IMG/VR virus record: IMGVR_UViG_3300032116_000170
Direction: 5' to 3' (one strand)
Length of the DNA stretch: 64,000 nucleotides
From: an uncultured virus (IMG/VR IMGVR_UViG_3300032116_000170)
Lineage: Duplodnaviria > Heunggongvirae > Uroviricota > Caudoviricetes
Shown: positions 36,201-44,421 of the stretch, in pieces
How positions within the stretch are numbered: the first letter of the stretch is position 1
How the letters are laid out: each line of letters begins with the position of its first letter
Position numbers and translations under genes: made by a program
The notes under the pieces: generated by a model
Databases searched by the model: none
The model's input: the letters and a program-made list of their open reading frames with translations, nothing else
What the model was told of the DNA's origin: nothing

Positions 36201-39200
36201 GATCGGTGGCCTCTACGACGGCAAGACTGTCACCCTGTACGCCAACGGCATCCCTGAAGGCAAAATCCTTGCGGTAGCCTTGCACGAGGTCGGGGCCCAC
36301 TTGGGTCTGAAGAATTTGGTCGGTGCCAAGGCGTACGACGCCATCATCACCCGCTTGCAAAACGCAATCGAAAAAGCCGATGGGTCGGTGGAATCCAAGA
36401 TGGCGCAGGCCGCATACAAGCGCATCCCAATCCGGGATATGAAGCGTGGCCCAGAAGTATTTGGTGATGAATTGCTGGCCTACTTCGTTGAAGAGATGGC
36501 CATGTCCGAGGCTGCAGGCACCCTGCCTAAAGTCGGCGCTTTGCGCAACATGTGGAACCGGGTCAAGACTGGCGTCATCACTGCACTGAACCGAGTCTTC
36601 GGCACCTCGTTGGGCATCAGCAGCCTGACAGCCGAACAGATTCAGATGATCGCCAAGGCTGCGTTCACCAAAGAATCCTACACCGCTGCGACAGGTGAAG
36701 CTTCCGCAGAGAAATCGCGCAACTCCATCCCCGCTGCAGCGGAACTCGACCTTGCATCCCGTGCGGCCATCAAGGCCCTGCAGGACAAACTGCCTGTGGG
36801 TGAGCGTGGACCCGATGGGGTAATTGGCGAAGCCATACAAGGCATGCAGAAGGCTCGGGAGAACTCCGGCATTCTCACCACGTTCCGCCAAGCCGTTGCT
36901 GACAAGTTTGCATCGGTGGAGTCCAAGGTATCCCAGATGTTCTCCAAGGGCGTGCGGGATTCGTTTGGCAACATGAACCCTATGGTGCTGGCACGTCAGG
37001 CTGAAGACAACGCCAAGATCATCATGGACTTCTTCCGCGCTGGCGGCATCCGTGTGAACAAAGAAGGTCTGGTCGAGACGTTTGACCAAGACAAGTCGAT
37101 GGTGTCGGCGCTCAACAAAGTCAAGGCGTTTGCAGATGCGAACAACATGACCTACGAGGAAGCCAAAGCGGAAATCTCCACCGTACTGGAAGGCCACCGT
37201 GTGCACGGGTTGCGCCAATACAACAAAGAGCTGGAGCAGTCGGCCATCATCCTCGCTGGCAAGGGCAAGACCAAGGAAGCTGCGGAGGATCGTGCACGCA
37301 AGATCAAGCTGTACATGACCGATGCCGAGATTGATCAGATGGAGTCCATCTATCAAAAATCCAAAGGCATACAGGACATTCAAGCGGACCTCAATGCGAC
37401 GCGCACGCAAGCAATCGACCTGATGGTCAGCACCGGACGCATCACCGAAGAGCAGGGGCAGTTCTGGAAATCCAACGAAGATTACGTGCCGTTTGATCGG
37501 GTGTTTGAAGACGCCCCTTCGACGCCAAAGTTTGTTCGCGGTAAGGGACTGGCAGTCCTCGACTCATACCCCGGCCTGAAAGGCTCGCTGGGTCGCCCTG
37601 TTCGCAACGTGCTCGATGCGTACGCCAACCGCCTGAGCGGTATGGTCGAAGACACCATGCGCAACAACGCCAGCGTGAAGCTGCTGGAGACCATGGAGCT
37701 TGGCGGTTTCGCACGGGAGATTGATAAACCCGACGCTGCGCAAAACCCGAATCTCGTTGTCCCCCGTTTGTTCCGTGACGGCAAGCCCGTGTATTTTGAG
37801 GTGCAGAACGAGTACGACATGCTGGCGTTTATGCAAGCGCCGGAGATCATGAACGGCCTGACAAAAGCCCTCGGCGCTACGGCCCGTGTGCTGCGCCTGT
37901 CGATCACTGCAATGCCTCCGTTTGCCATTAAGCAGGTGGTGGATGACGCGCAGCGTGCAGCGTTTTACTCTGGCGTGGAGCGACCCTTGGTTGTTGCCAT
38001 GAAGACTTTGTACAACTTCCCCAAGGTGTTCTTTGGTGAGTTGACAGGGCGCAAATCCGTGGCGGTCAAACGCATGGAAGAGCTGGGCATCATCGGGGAC
38101 TACGACTTCAACATCTACGAGCCCGTGGCTGACATCGAAAAAGAAATCGGTGCCACAAAACGCGGTGTAGCCGGGAAGATGTTCCACCGTCTTGAGCAGT
38201 TCACCAAGGCTTCGGACCTTGCAGCTCGTTTGGCGGTGTACGAAGAGACCATGCGGGAAACCAAAGGTGATGAACTGCTGGCACAGACTCGCGCCCGCGA
38301 GTTGATTAACTTCACCCGCCGTGGCTCAAGCCCTACCATGCGAACCGCCGCACGAGTGATCCCGTTCTTCAACGCGTACGCGCAGGGTATGGACGTGCTG
38401 TACCGCTCCGCCACAGGTCTCGACGGGTCTTCTTCAGGCGAGCGCACCGCAGCCCGCAGGTTGTTTCTGAGCCGCGTGGCCATCATGACTGCGTTTGGGT
38501 TTGCATACGCGCTGGCGATGAGCGACGACGAGGACTACGAAAACGCCACCGATGAAGTGCGCGACAACAACTGGCTTTTGCCCGGTGGATACAAAATCCC
38601 TGTGCCAAAGGAATTGGCGTTCGTCTTCAAGTCCATCCCCGAGCGGATCGTCCAGTATTGGAACCGCTACGGCACTGCGGAAGAGCAAGCGATCACGGCT
38701 GCATTGGGCAGCACGGTCAAAGCGGCGTTCTCTGCATACTCGTCCCCAACCGCAGTGCCGTCGTTGATCCGCCCGATACTGGAGAACATGACCAACTACT
38801 CCTTCTTCCTGCAGCGGGAGCTGGAGTCTGCCTCCATGCAGCGGCGCGAGCCCGGATTCAGGTATACGTCCACCACATCAGAGCTGGCAAAAGCTTTGGG
38901 TGAGACTACCAACATATCCCCCATCAAGATCGACAACTTCTTGCGTGGCACGTTCGGTATGGCCGGGTCAACCACCTTGCTGATGACTGACGCTTTGCTG
39001 AACCCAAGCCGCCCAGACCGTCCGTTGTACCAGATGCCGTTCACCAGCATCTTCTTGTATGACACTGTTGGGGGTCGCAGCAAGGTGGAGTTCTATGATC
39101 TGCGGGAAAAGGTTGTACAAGCTGATTCCACATTCAAGGACTTGCTCAAAACCGATCCGGCCAAGGCCGAGAAGTTCTTGGAAGCCAACGAAGCGCTTAT

Positions 39201-39399
39201 CAGCGCCGCTCCGATAATCAACAACACCTTGCGTGACCTGAGTCAGATGCGTGCTCTACGGACCATGGTTGAACAGGGCACTGAGGAGATGCTCGGCATG
39301 ACCAGCGCCGAGCGCCGGGAGTTGATTGATGAGATACGCGAGTCTGAAAACGAGCTGGTCAGCTACACCCGCGAACTTGAGAAAGCGCTGCGGAAATAA
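33298..39399 (+). CDS. Giant ejection / large polyvalent protein (HExxxH metallopeptidase-like domain, LPD38-like C-terminus)
   Basis: 2033 aa; LHEVGAH...DELLAY; NFTRRG...IPFFNAYAQG, KIPVP.ELA, SPIKID. Confidence 0.75.
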   Translation: MPIARFKLPDGRIARFQVPDGTPPEEAQRMIEAELGKLPPAPAAPKETTVGGNVKEFFKGIVPGAIGLAESAAVGASALLPDEREKAVRESIKSTAAAARKPFEAGAGYEESIGRKFGEAVGSTVPFLASAPLGVAGRIAGTALGVGAGAGEARGRAEEGGATADDRGLATGLGAVVGTAEMFAPVRILSRLADPIKRGAVAQVKRALIAGGEEGAQEAASQVAQNLIAKGIYKPEQAIIEQVGESAAYGGATGALVQGLLDMALGRRVKGAASEVPDAEQKAQAERERREQLKLEQGLGEEAKAAQAQGYVGQQGQLFRGLEKPTEPQRTLPTGTDSEGQILEPAPDEAAPRTSDLFEGMPLTTEVAQEAGFARTPEELEAAGQQQLGLEQAQDTEFFQQELDMLNKEYATLQEKKKKTPEDNQRMREIRTRRTQVAETIKQREADRGPQLKQGQDQGALFQALPRPTQPAVGLTGLPLTPAPDEAALRPSEVDEGRPVTTAAARKAGVALTPKELEAAGQADLMLEATFEYADLVKMREQLKAAEQTPEIQQRIKYLDGQIKDYTLAGVDEAYRQRVEREATEGAAAEQQAREAALAEQSAFSQQPDGQPVPEPTVRAKPTPETVPTLMSPDVLGALGIGHSAILRKPDHPIHGLDIAKPEDAAEVKKMLTVYKEGKSAPIVQKVDAYLARPEFQGVPDVSTTPTPQPAPAVSDKPRGRKRSVALPVQPAATELPEPGPGAAPAAEAPATSDGLGLVPTGPDAGEGDARVSDAQPAVSLTQLQDRARALTEQGLAMLDKRGRIPREGTKKRAEYDAIIEQERAAKDAVIEADRAAQKSAPETAPKTEPKKAKKPAGLFDALVQPDETLDPEVEAMAEEVVAKEAPAAAKPKSPFDISGPSTFGAELQAEVDAEKKRRRSVGTAEGQTLSSMQAEVASMPGVLGAALRRMLKSGKVKLEAASPDGRKIGGLYDGKTVTLYANGIPEGKILAVALHEVGAHLGLKNLVGAKAYDAIITRLQNAIEKADGSVESKMAQAAYKRIPIRDMKRGPEVFGDELLAYFVEEMAMSEAAGTLPKVGALRNMWNRVKTGVITALNRVFGTSLGISSLTAEQIQMIAKAAFTKESYTAATGEASAEKSRNSIPAAAELDLASRAAIKALQDKLPVGERGPDGVIGEAIQGMQKARENSGILTTFRQAVADKFASVESKVSQMFSKGVRDSFGNMNPMVLARQAEDNAKIIMDFFRAGGIRVNKEGLVETFDQDKSMVSALNKVKAFADANNMTYEEAKAEISTVLEGHRVHGLRQYNKELEQSAIILAGKGKTKEAAEDRARKIKLYMTDAEIDQMESIYQKSKGIQDIQADLNATRTQAIDLMVSTGRITEEQGQFWKSNEDYVPFDRVFEDAPSTPKFVRGKGLAVLDSYPGLKGSLGRPVRNVLDAYANRLSGMVEDTMRNNASVKLLETMELGGFAREIDKPDAAQNPNLVVPRLFRDGKPVYFEVQNEYDMLAFMQAPEIMNGLTKALGATARVLRLSITAMPPFAIKQVVDDAQRAAFYSGVERPLVVAMKTLYNFPKVFFGELTGRKSVAVKRMEELGIIGDYDFNIYEPVADIEKEIGATKRGVAGKMFHRLEQFTKASDLAARLAVYEETMRETKGDELLAQTRARELINFTRRGSSPTMRTAARVIPFFNAYAQGMDVLYRSATGLDGSSSGERTAARRLFLSRVAIMTAFGFAYALAMSDDEDYENATDEVRDNNWLLPGGYKIPVPKELAFVFKSIPERIVQYWNRYGTAEEQAITAALGSTVKAAFSAYSSPTAVPSLIRPILENMTNYSFFLQRELESASMQRREPGFRYTSTTSELAKALGETTNISPIKIDNFLRGTFGMAGSTTLLMTDALLNPSRPDRPLYQMPFTSIFLYDTVGGRSKVEFYDLREKVVQADSTFKDLLKTDPAKAEKFLEANEALISAAPIINNTLRDLSQMRALRTMVEQGTEEMLGMTSAERRELIDEIRESENELVSYTRELEKALRK
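35399..35635 (+). CDS. Putative overprinted 78-aa gene in the +1 frame of the giant gene
   Basis: AAGGAG at 35387-92, 6 nt before ATG; protein-like amphipathic sequence. Confidence 0.5.
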   Translation: MYQPRQPRNLRLRSAISPEDVSEAWRYLYNLPQPNFLNPDPELPPPPKHLQHLTDSDWFLLDQMLAREMHESAMHSLQ

Positions 39400-39428
39400 A
39401 AGAACCCCCGGTGTTTAGCCGGGGGTTA
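39398..39428. terminator. Hairpin terminator between the convergent genome arms
   Basis: AACCCCCGG-TGTTTAG-CCGGGGGTT with A-tract on the left. Confidence 0.8.
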
Positions 39429-39471
39429 ACGGTTTCATCATGGGCAACTGCAGAGTTGCCCGTAAATGGTA

Positions 39472-39684
39472 TCACGCCACCCGCCATACGCGAACTCCCC
39501 AGTACAGGTTTTCCACACGATCCCGCATCTTGATTTCAAACCCACGGGCTTGGGCATGTTTTTCCAGTTGCCTTCGGATTGACGCCGTGTCGATGCACGG
39601 GAGGAAGAAGGAGGAGCCCACAATGAACTTCCCCCACTCGATCTCGACCTGAACACCCTCCGTTTCAATCGTCTTGAGTATCAC
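39472..39684 (-). CDS. Small hypothetical protein
   Basis: VGSSFFLPC...GVRVWR motif; overlaps primase end. Confidence 0.6.
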   Translation of the reverse strand: MILKTIETEGVQVEIEWGKFIVGSSFFLPCIDTASIRRQLEKHAQARGFEIKMRDRVENLYWGVRVWRVA

Positions 39685-42508
39685 TTGCGGCCATCACTGC
39701 GTCGCTGTCAAACACGTTGTGCATGGTGTCATCGATCATCAGCACGTTGAGCGGTGGGGATGCAACCATTGTGCCTTTCCCCATACGTTTCTTCGTGGCA
39801 ACGATGTTGACGCCTGAATTGCGCAGATTGTTCACGGTATCGTGGTAGCTGACCTGATTCTTGGCGCACCATTCCTTGAACTTCTTTTGCACGATGTACA
39901 GATACTTCGTGTCCGGCTCGTAACGGATCAGCAGTTCCCCGCGTGGTTCGCGCATTGGGGGTGTTGGAAGCCCGTTGTCTGCTGCGCCATCACGAATGAT
40001 CAGGATGTTGTTGACGTTGGCTGCGATGAACGAACCCAGTGCGCCAGCGCCGTCTGTTGTGGTGCCGTTCTTGACTTCGCCCTTGCCAGCTTTCAGGAAC
40101 ACGACAAGCCAGTTGAAGATGCGTTTAACATCGATGTCGATCAGGCGCAGTTGGTTGGCAATCAGGCCCCCAGTGATGGCCAGTGCCCCGATGTTGGACC
40201 AGAAGCGTTCCCGTTGGCCAAGCCCTGCAGCAGCATCCAGACGCAGCTGAACGTCACGCAGAATGTCCAGCACATCGGGCAGGTTCTCGACCACATACTT
40301 TATGAACACCTCTCCGGCGTGGCCGTAGTTGTCGGTCAATCGACCGAACAGGGCATCGGTGTATTCCTTGGAATGTGTGTTGGTCTGGTGAATCCGCAGC
40401 TCAATGATCCGCATCATCTCGCCTTCGGGGAAATCTTTCAAGGCGTACAGCTTGTCGTACAAGCTGCTGTTTGATGACGTGATGGCCACCAAGCGCCAGA
40501 AGGTATGGTTCAGCCGCTCTGCGTTGGACTGCGACTCCATGCGGTTTTTGCCACGCCCCTGTGTAATGGCGTACGCCAATTGGCTGATGATCTCCTCGCG
40601 CATGTTGGTGATCTCGTCGATCGTGGCGGGCAGATTGTTCAGCACACCGAAGCGGTGAATCTTGGCGTTGTACGTGTCGTCGTTTTGCAGCAACAGATCA
40701 AACGGTTTGCCCCAGATGCTGTTGATCACCATCTGCACGGTGGACTTACCTGTGCCGGAGCCGGGGCTCATCAAGTTGACGATACCGCCGCGCACCTGTG
40801 TGAAGGGCATCAACACGCTACCAAAGCCAAGGAACAGCGCAAAAGCCTGCGCCTCCATGCCGGGGTTGTTATAGAAGTTCGCAATCGTGCGCCATTCGTT
40901 CAGGTCACCCTTCTTGGTGAGCAGGCTGCAGGTCTGCATGATGGCTCGGGATGGTGGGCTGTAGCGCACACCCTCTGCGGAAATCTCCCGGTCCCCGATG
41001 ATGAACGTCTTTTCTTCTGTCCAGCCAAATTGGCTGCGGACGGTTTCTGCTTGTCCCATATGTTGCAATTCCTTCAACCAGCGTTGTATGTAAAACATGA
41101 GGGGGTCGATAGTTTTGCCAAGGGCCATGATGCCCTGCGCTGCGATCGTGTCCCGGAATCTGTCTTTCGATGTGGCATCTGTCAGTGGAATGGAAAACTC
41201 CCGGACACCATCTTTAGGCAGATGCAAACGCAACCAGAGCACCTCACCCTGCTCTTGATCAAACATGCGCTTGACCACGTAAAAATCGTTTTCGTAGATC
41301 AGCTTGTCTTCCGATACCCCGGCGTCATTGGGTGTGCCCTTGAGATATACACCACCGTGCTTGCCACGGAAAAACGGGAAGGGGTACGTGGGTATGATGT
41401 AGGTGCGGGTATCGTGTGAATTCGCATCCTCGGCCTGCACCACGTTGTCTTCCTCGGTGGCAGCAGCGATCTCTTTGCCCAGCACGATGGGGGAACCGAA
41501 CTTGCCCTTGTGGGGGCACTCAGTACACACGCCGGGGCGCAATGAATCAAAGGTGTCGCAGGTGTATGGACCCTTGGTGAGCCCTGCCTTGTACACCGTG
41601 TCGGACGGGTCGTACTGCGGGTGGTTGTGCGACATCTCATGGATGGCGGTTGCTTCGTCTTCGCACAAGTGCGCAATCGACAGGCCTGCCCTCCACAGCG
41701 GTTCTTCAATGTTCGCTTGGTCCGTCACAATGTGGTTGAGCTGTGCGCAACCTTGCAGGCCCATGGCGATGATCTTGTGGAACTTGTAGATGTTGTTCTG
41801 GCCCATGAGGGCCTTCGTGGTGCTGTCCATGCCAGCACTCTTGATGTGGTCTGGCACTTCAAAGGGCAGCGCGTCTTCATGCTGGCTGGGCTCGGGTGCA
41901 CCCAAAGCCTTGGCAAACTCGAACAGATCAATCAAGCCATCACCACTGATGTACTCCACGGGCAGCGGGGCATCGGGGTTCTTGAAGTTGGTTGTCTCGG
42001 GCACGCGCAGGATACGCGCAACATCGGTCGTGCAAGCGGGGTCAGCGTACAGGCTGCGTTCAGTACATACGGCTTTCAGGCGGTTGGCCACAGGCAACCA
42101 CATCTCTTTTGGAATGCTCTCTGGCAGTACCCAGTAGGCATGCACTCCGTTGCCGGAGTTGACGCAGATGGGCTGTGGGAGATTCAGGTCAATGCAAAAC
42201 TGACCCAAGGCTGCCATAGCCAATTCACGTGTTGCGTATTCCTTGGTTGGGCCGCAATCCAAATCAAGCCAAAAGGCCTTGGCCTTCGTGGCGTTCGCAG
42301 CCAACCGCCGTGGGGGCTGCATGGCTGGGTCGAAACTGAACATCGCAAAATAGGTGTCAGCTTGGGCTTGGTGAATCCCATCGACTTCTTGCACCAATGA
42401 TGGCAAGCTATCTGCGAACCGTGTACGAATTTTCCCCTGCTTGATGCCGACTGCACAGTATGTCCCTGTCTCCGCAAGAACCGTGCTTAGGAATTCGGTC
42501 AGTGTCAT
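39665..42508 (-). CDS. Primase-helicase (RepB-like primase, DUF927, P-loop helicase)
   Basis: WLDLD, SGNGVHAYW, RILRVP; Cys cluster; SGTGKST, IDE, ITSSN, NYGHAG. Confidence 0.85.
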   Translation of the reverse strand: MTLTEFLSTVLAETGTYCAVGIKQGKIRTRFADSLPSLVQEVDGIHQAQADTYFAMFSFDPAMQPPRRLAANATKAKAFWLDLDCGPTKEYATRELAMAALGQFCIDLNLPQPICVNSGNGVHAYWVLPESIPKEMWLPVANRLKAVCTERSLYADPACTTDVARILRVPETTNFKNPDAPLPVEYISGDGLIDLFEFAKALGAPEPSQHEDALPFEVPDHIKSAGMDSTTKALMGQNNIYKFHKIIAMGLQGCAQLNHIVTDQANIEEPLWRAGLSIAHLCEDEATAIHEMSHNHPQYDPSDTVYKAGLTKGPYTCDTFDSLRPGVCTECPHKGKFGSPIVLGKEIAAATEEDNVVQAEDANSHDTRTYIIPTYPFPFFRGKHGGVYLKGTPNDAGVSEDKLIYENDFYVVKRMFDQEQGEVLWLRLHLPKDGVREFSIPLTDATSKDRFRDTIAAQGIMALGKTIDPLMFYIQRWLKELQHMGQAETVRSQFGWTEEKTFIIGDREISAEGVRYSPPSRAIMQTCSLLTKKGDLNEWRTIANFYNNPGMEAQAFALFLGFGSVLMPFTQVRGGIVNLMSPGSGTGKSTVQMVINSIWGKPFDLLLQNDDTYNAKIHRFGVLNNLPATIDEITNMREEIISQLAYAITQGRGKNRMESQSNAERLNHTFWRLVAITSSNSSLYDKLYALKDFPEGEMMRIIELRIHQTNTHSKEYTDALFGRLTDNYGHAGEVFIKYVVENLPDVLDILRDVQLRLDAAAGLGQRERFWSNIGALAITGGLIANQLRLIDIDVKRIFNWLVVFLKAGKGEVKNGTTTDGAGALGSFIAANVNNILIIRDGAADNGLPTPPMREPRGELLIRYEPDTKYLYIVQKKFKEWCAKNQVSYHDTVNNLRNSGVNIVATKKRMGKGTMVASPPLNVLMIDDTMHNVFDSDAVMAASDTQDD

Positions 42509-42520
42509 GGCAGGAATAGG

Positions 42521-42745
42521 TTATTGTTTGTCGAGGAAGCGGGTAAGCTTGGAGGCGATTTCGGGCTTTGGGTTGAACTCCCCTGTGAACCATGCGTACA
42601 CGGTCACGGTGCTCACACCTGCGATCTTGGCGACCTCTTTCACGGAGACGCCCTTCTTGATACATGCTCGCCCAATCTTGACGCCGATCTTTTTGCCATC
42701 GGCAGCCTTGTTCTTTTCAACAAGGGAAACGGTGTATCCGATCAT
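42521..42745 (-). CDS. Cro/XRE-type HTH protein
   Basis: SVKEVAKIAGVSTVTVYAWFTG..P. Confidence 0.75.
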   Translation of the reverse strand: MIGYTVSLVEKNKAADGKKIGVKIGRACIKKGVSVKEVAKIAGVSTVTVYAWFTGEFNPKPEIASKLTRFLDKQ

Positions 42746-42763
42746 TTTGTTCTTTCATTAGGT

Positions 42764-42859
42764 GGGGGTACTCGCTGCGTCCGTGAACGCATCCATCAAC
42801 CGTAGCGTCAAAACGCAGTTTCTGTGATGGGTAGGGTGCACAGCATCCGCTTTCCCCCC
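42764..42859 (-). ncRNA. Candidate structured intergenic RNA
   Basis: GGGG/CCCC closing stem, GAA/AGUA internal loop, GCUGU/GCAGC, CCAUCA/UGAUGG, GCGU-UUUG-ACGC. Confidence 0.45.
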
Positions 42860-42866
42860 GGAACCA

Positions 42867-43760
42867 TTACTCGGCGTCGTCAGCCCATTCATCGAGGACC
42901 GAAGACACATCTTTTACTTCGGCCTTCTTGGCAGAGGTGCGCTTGACGGGCTCATCCACCGCATCGACTGGTTCGGCTTTGGCCTTTGCAGCGGGTGCTG
43001 GGGCTTCTGCGAACGGGCTACCTGTGGGCTTGGCTTCACCGTCCATCTGCGAAACAGTCATGGTGACTGCGTTCAGTGCATCGGGTGTATCGCCTTGCGC
43101 CTTGGCAGAAGCCATCTCGTCCACGCTCAACGGGCGCATCGCACGGAAGGTCAGCTTGGGTGTGGCGCTGGAAGTGTCAAAGCGCATCTCTGTCACAACG
43201 GCTGTCACGGGGATACCGTGGCCACCGAGGAACTTGGCGTACTGCTGCAGCGGCATCTTGCCGTTGTCACCTGTGCCGAAGATCGACTGTGCTGGCAGGG
43301 TCAACTGGTACACATCACCTTCGAGGTTGTTCTCCAGCACCACGGCGAGGCGGTGGCTGAATCGGCATGCACGGCTGTCACCTTGGCCAGAACCTTTGAT
43401 GTTCTGCGGGCAGTTGGCGCAGTTGGGAGATTGCTTGTTCTTGGAATCCGCAGCGGGTGTGACGCCGTCATTGGAGTAGCAAGCAGGAGCAGCATTCTGA
43501 CCTTCAACGTAAGTGCCAGCGTAGTAGCTGCGGCTGGTCTTCTCAGCGGAGCGAACCAACACCACGTTCATGGCGCGGTCATCGTTTTGAGCAACTTCTT
43601 TGCCGCCAACAATCATGCGGAACACACCACCACGAATGGAGATGCGCTTGCCAGTGCCACCACCCATCAGGGCTTTGGTCGTTGCGTCGAGTTCGAGGCC
43701 ACGCAGGTGGGCGGGGAGGGCATTGCCGCCTTGGGCGAACAGGGTCATTTCGTTACTCAT
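42867..43760 (-). CDS. Putative single-stranded DNA-binding protein
   Basis: RISIRGGVF, CANCPQN..GSG...RAC, acidic tail LDEWADDAE; replication module. Confidence 0.6.
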   Translation of the reverse strand: MSNEMTLFAQGGNALPAHLRGLELDATTKALMGGGTGKRISIRGGVFRMIVGGKEVAQNDDRAMNVVLVRSAEKTSRSYYAGTYVEGQNAAPACYSNDGVTPAADSKNKQSPNCANCPQNIKGSGQGDSRACRFSHRLAVVLENNLEGDVYQLTLPAQSIFGTGDNGKMPLQQYAKFLGGHGIPVTAVVTEMRFDTSSATPKLTFRAMRPLSVDEMASAKAQGDTPDALNAVTMTVSQMDGEAKPTGSPFAEAPAPAAKAKAEPVDAVDEPVKRTSAKKAEVKDVSSVLDEWADDAE

Positions 43761-43972
43761 TTAGAGTTCTCCTTGGTAAAAAACTGATTGACGATTTCTA
43801 CGTCCATGTTGAAGAATTTGGCAAGCTCACTACCGAAAAATCGGTAGCTCTTACCCACGCGGATGTAAGGAATACGCTTGGTCTCGTCTTCCTCACGAAT
43901 CATTGTGTGAATAGTTGACGGGGCGACCTGCAATAGCTTCGCCACCTGCGCCAACGTCAGGGCAGTTTCCAT
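43757..43972 (-). CDS. Excisionase-like winged HTH protein
   Basis: LTLAQVAKLLQV..STI...IPYIRVGKSYRF. Confidence 0.75.
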   Translation of the reverse strand: METALTLAQVAKLLQVAPSTIHTMIREEDETKRIPYIRVGKSYRFFGSELAKFFNMDVEIVNQFFTKENSK

Positions 43973-44362
43973 TTAGCTTCTCCGTACCGTTACAGTGTAC
44001 TTGTTGTCCACGTTCAACCCGGTTGGCATGAGGTCCGGGTTTTCACGTAGAAAGTTCTTCATGTTGAGCTGCGAGATGCGGCGCTCCACGAGATCAAGCG
44101 CATCGTTGTCCCGGATGAACTTGTGCATCGCTGCCCAGTCGCCAGTCCAGTACCTCGTTTGCACTGATTTGATTGCGGTGCCGTGTGCAGTCTTGATACT
44201 GTCGGCTCCGGTCGATTTGCAGATTTCAAGCAGGCTGGACTCAACAAGGTCCATTTGCTCTTTGATCTTGGTGTCTTCTTCCTCGAACGCAGCTTTGAGC
44301 TGCGCTCTCTTGTCACGCATCTTTATGTAGACGTTGACAAGTTTGTCTGCAGTTATGCTCAT
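43973..44362 (-). CDS. Coiled-coil replication-module protein
   Basis: KLVNVYIKMRD, SIKTAHGT, DW..F, P.GLN; AAGGA RBS. Confidence 0.7.
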   Translation of the reverse strand: MSITADKLVNVYIKMRDKRAQLKAAFEEEDTKIKEQMDLVESSLLEICKSTGADSIKTAHGTAIKSVQTRYWTGDWAAMHKFIRDNDALDLVERRISQLNMKNFLRENPDLMPTGLNVDNKYTVTVRRS

Positions 44363-44386
44363 GTCATCCTTTCGTTGTTTTGGGTA

Positions 44387-44415
44387 ATCATACACAGTAA
44401 TCTTTATCTTGTAAA
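44387..44415 (-). promoter_or_regulatory. Sigma70-type promoter TTTACA-17-TATGAT with extended -10
   Basis: Read on - strand upstream of 44362. Confidence 0.7.
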
Positions 44416-44421
44416 GGTGAA

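Noticed and set aside
36184..37410. Long antisense ORFs (e.g. 408 aa here; also 40505-41419, 56129-57088, 11309-12208)
   Set aside because: Shadows of GC-biased codon usage on the opposite strand; no RBS or protein-like motifs
43757..43972. Excisionase implying an integrated prophage
   Set aside because: No integrase, att site or host genes visible in the window; such HTH genes are common regulators
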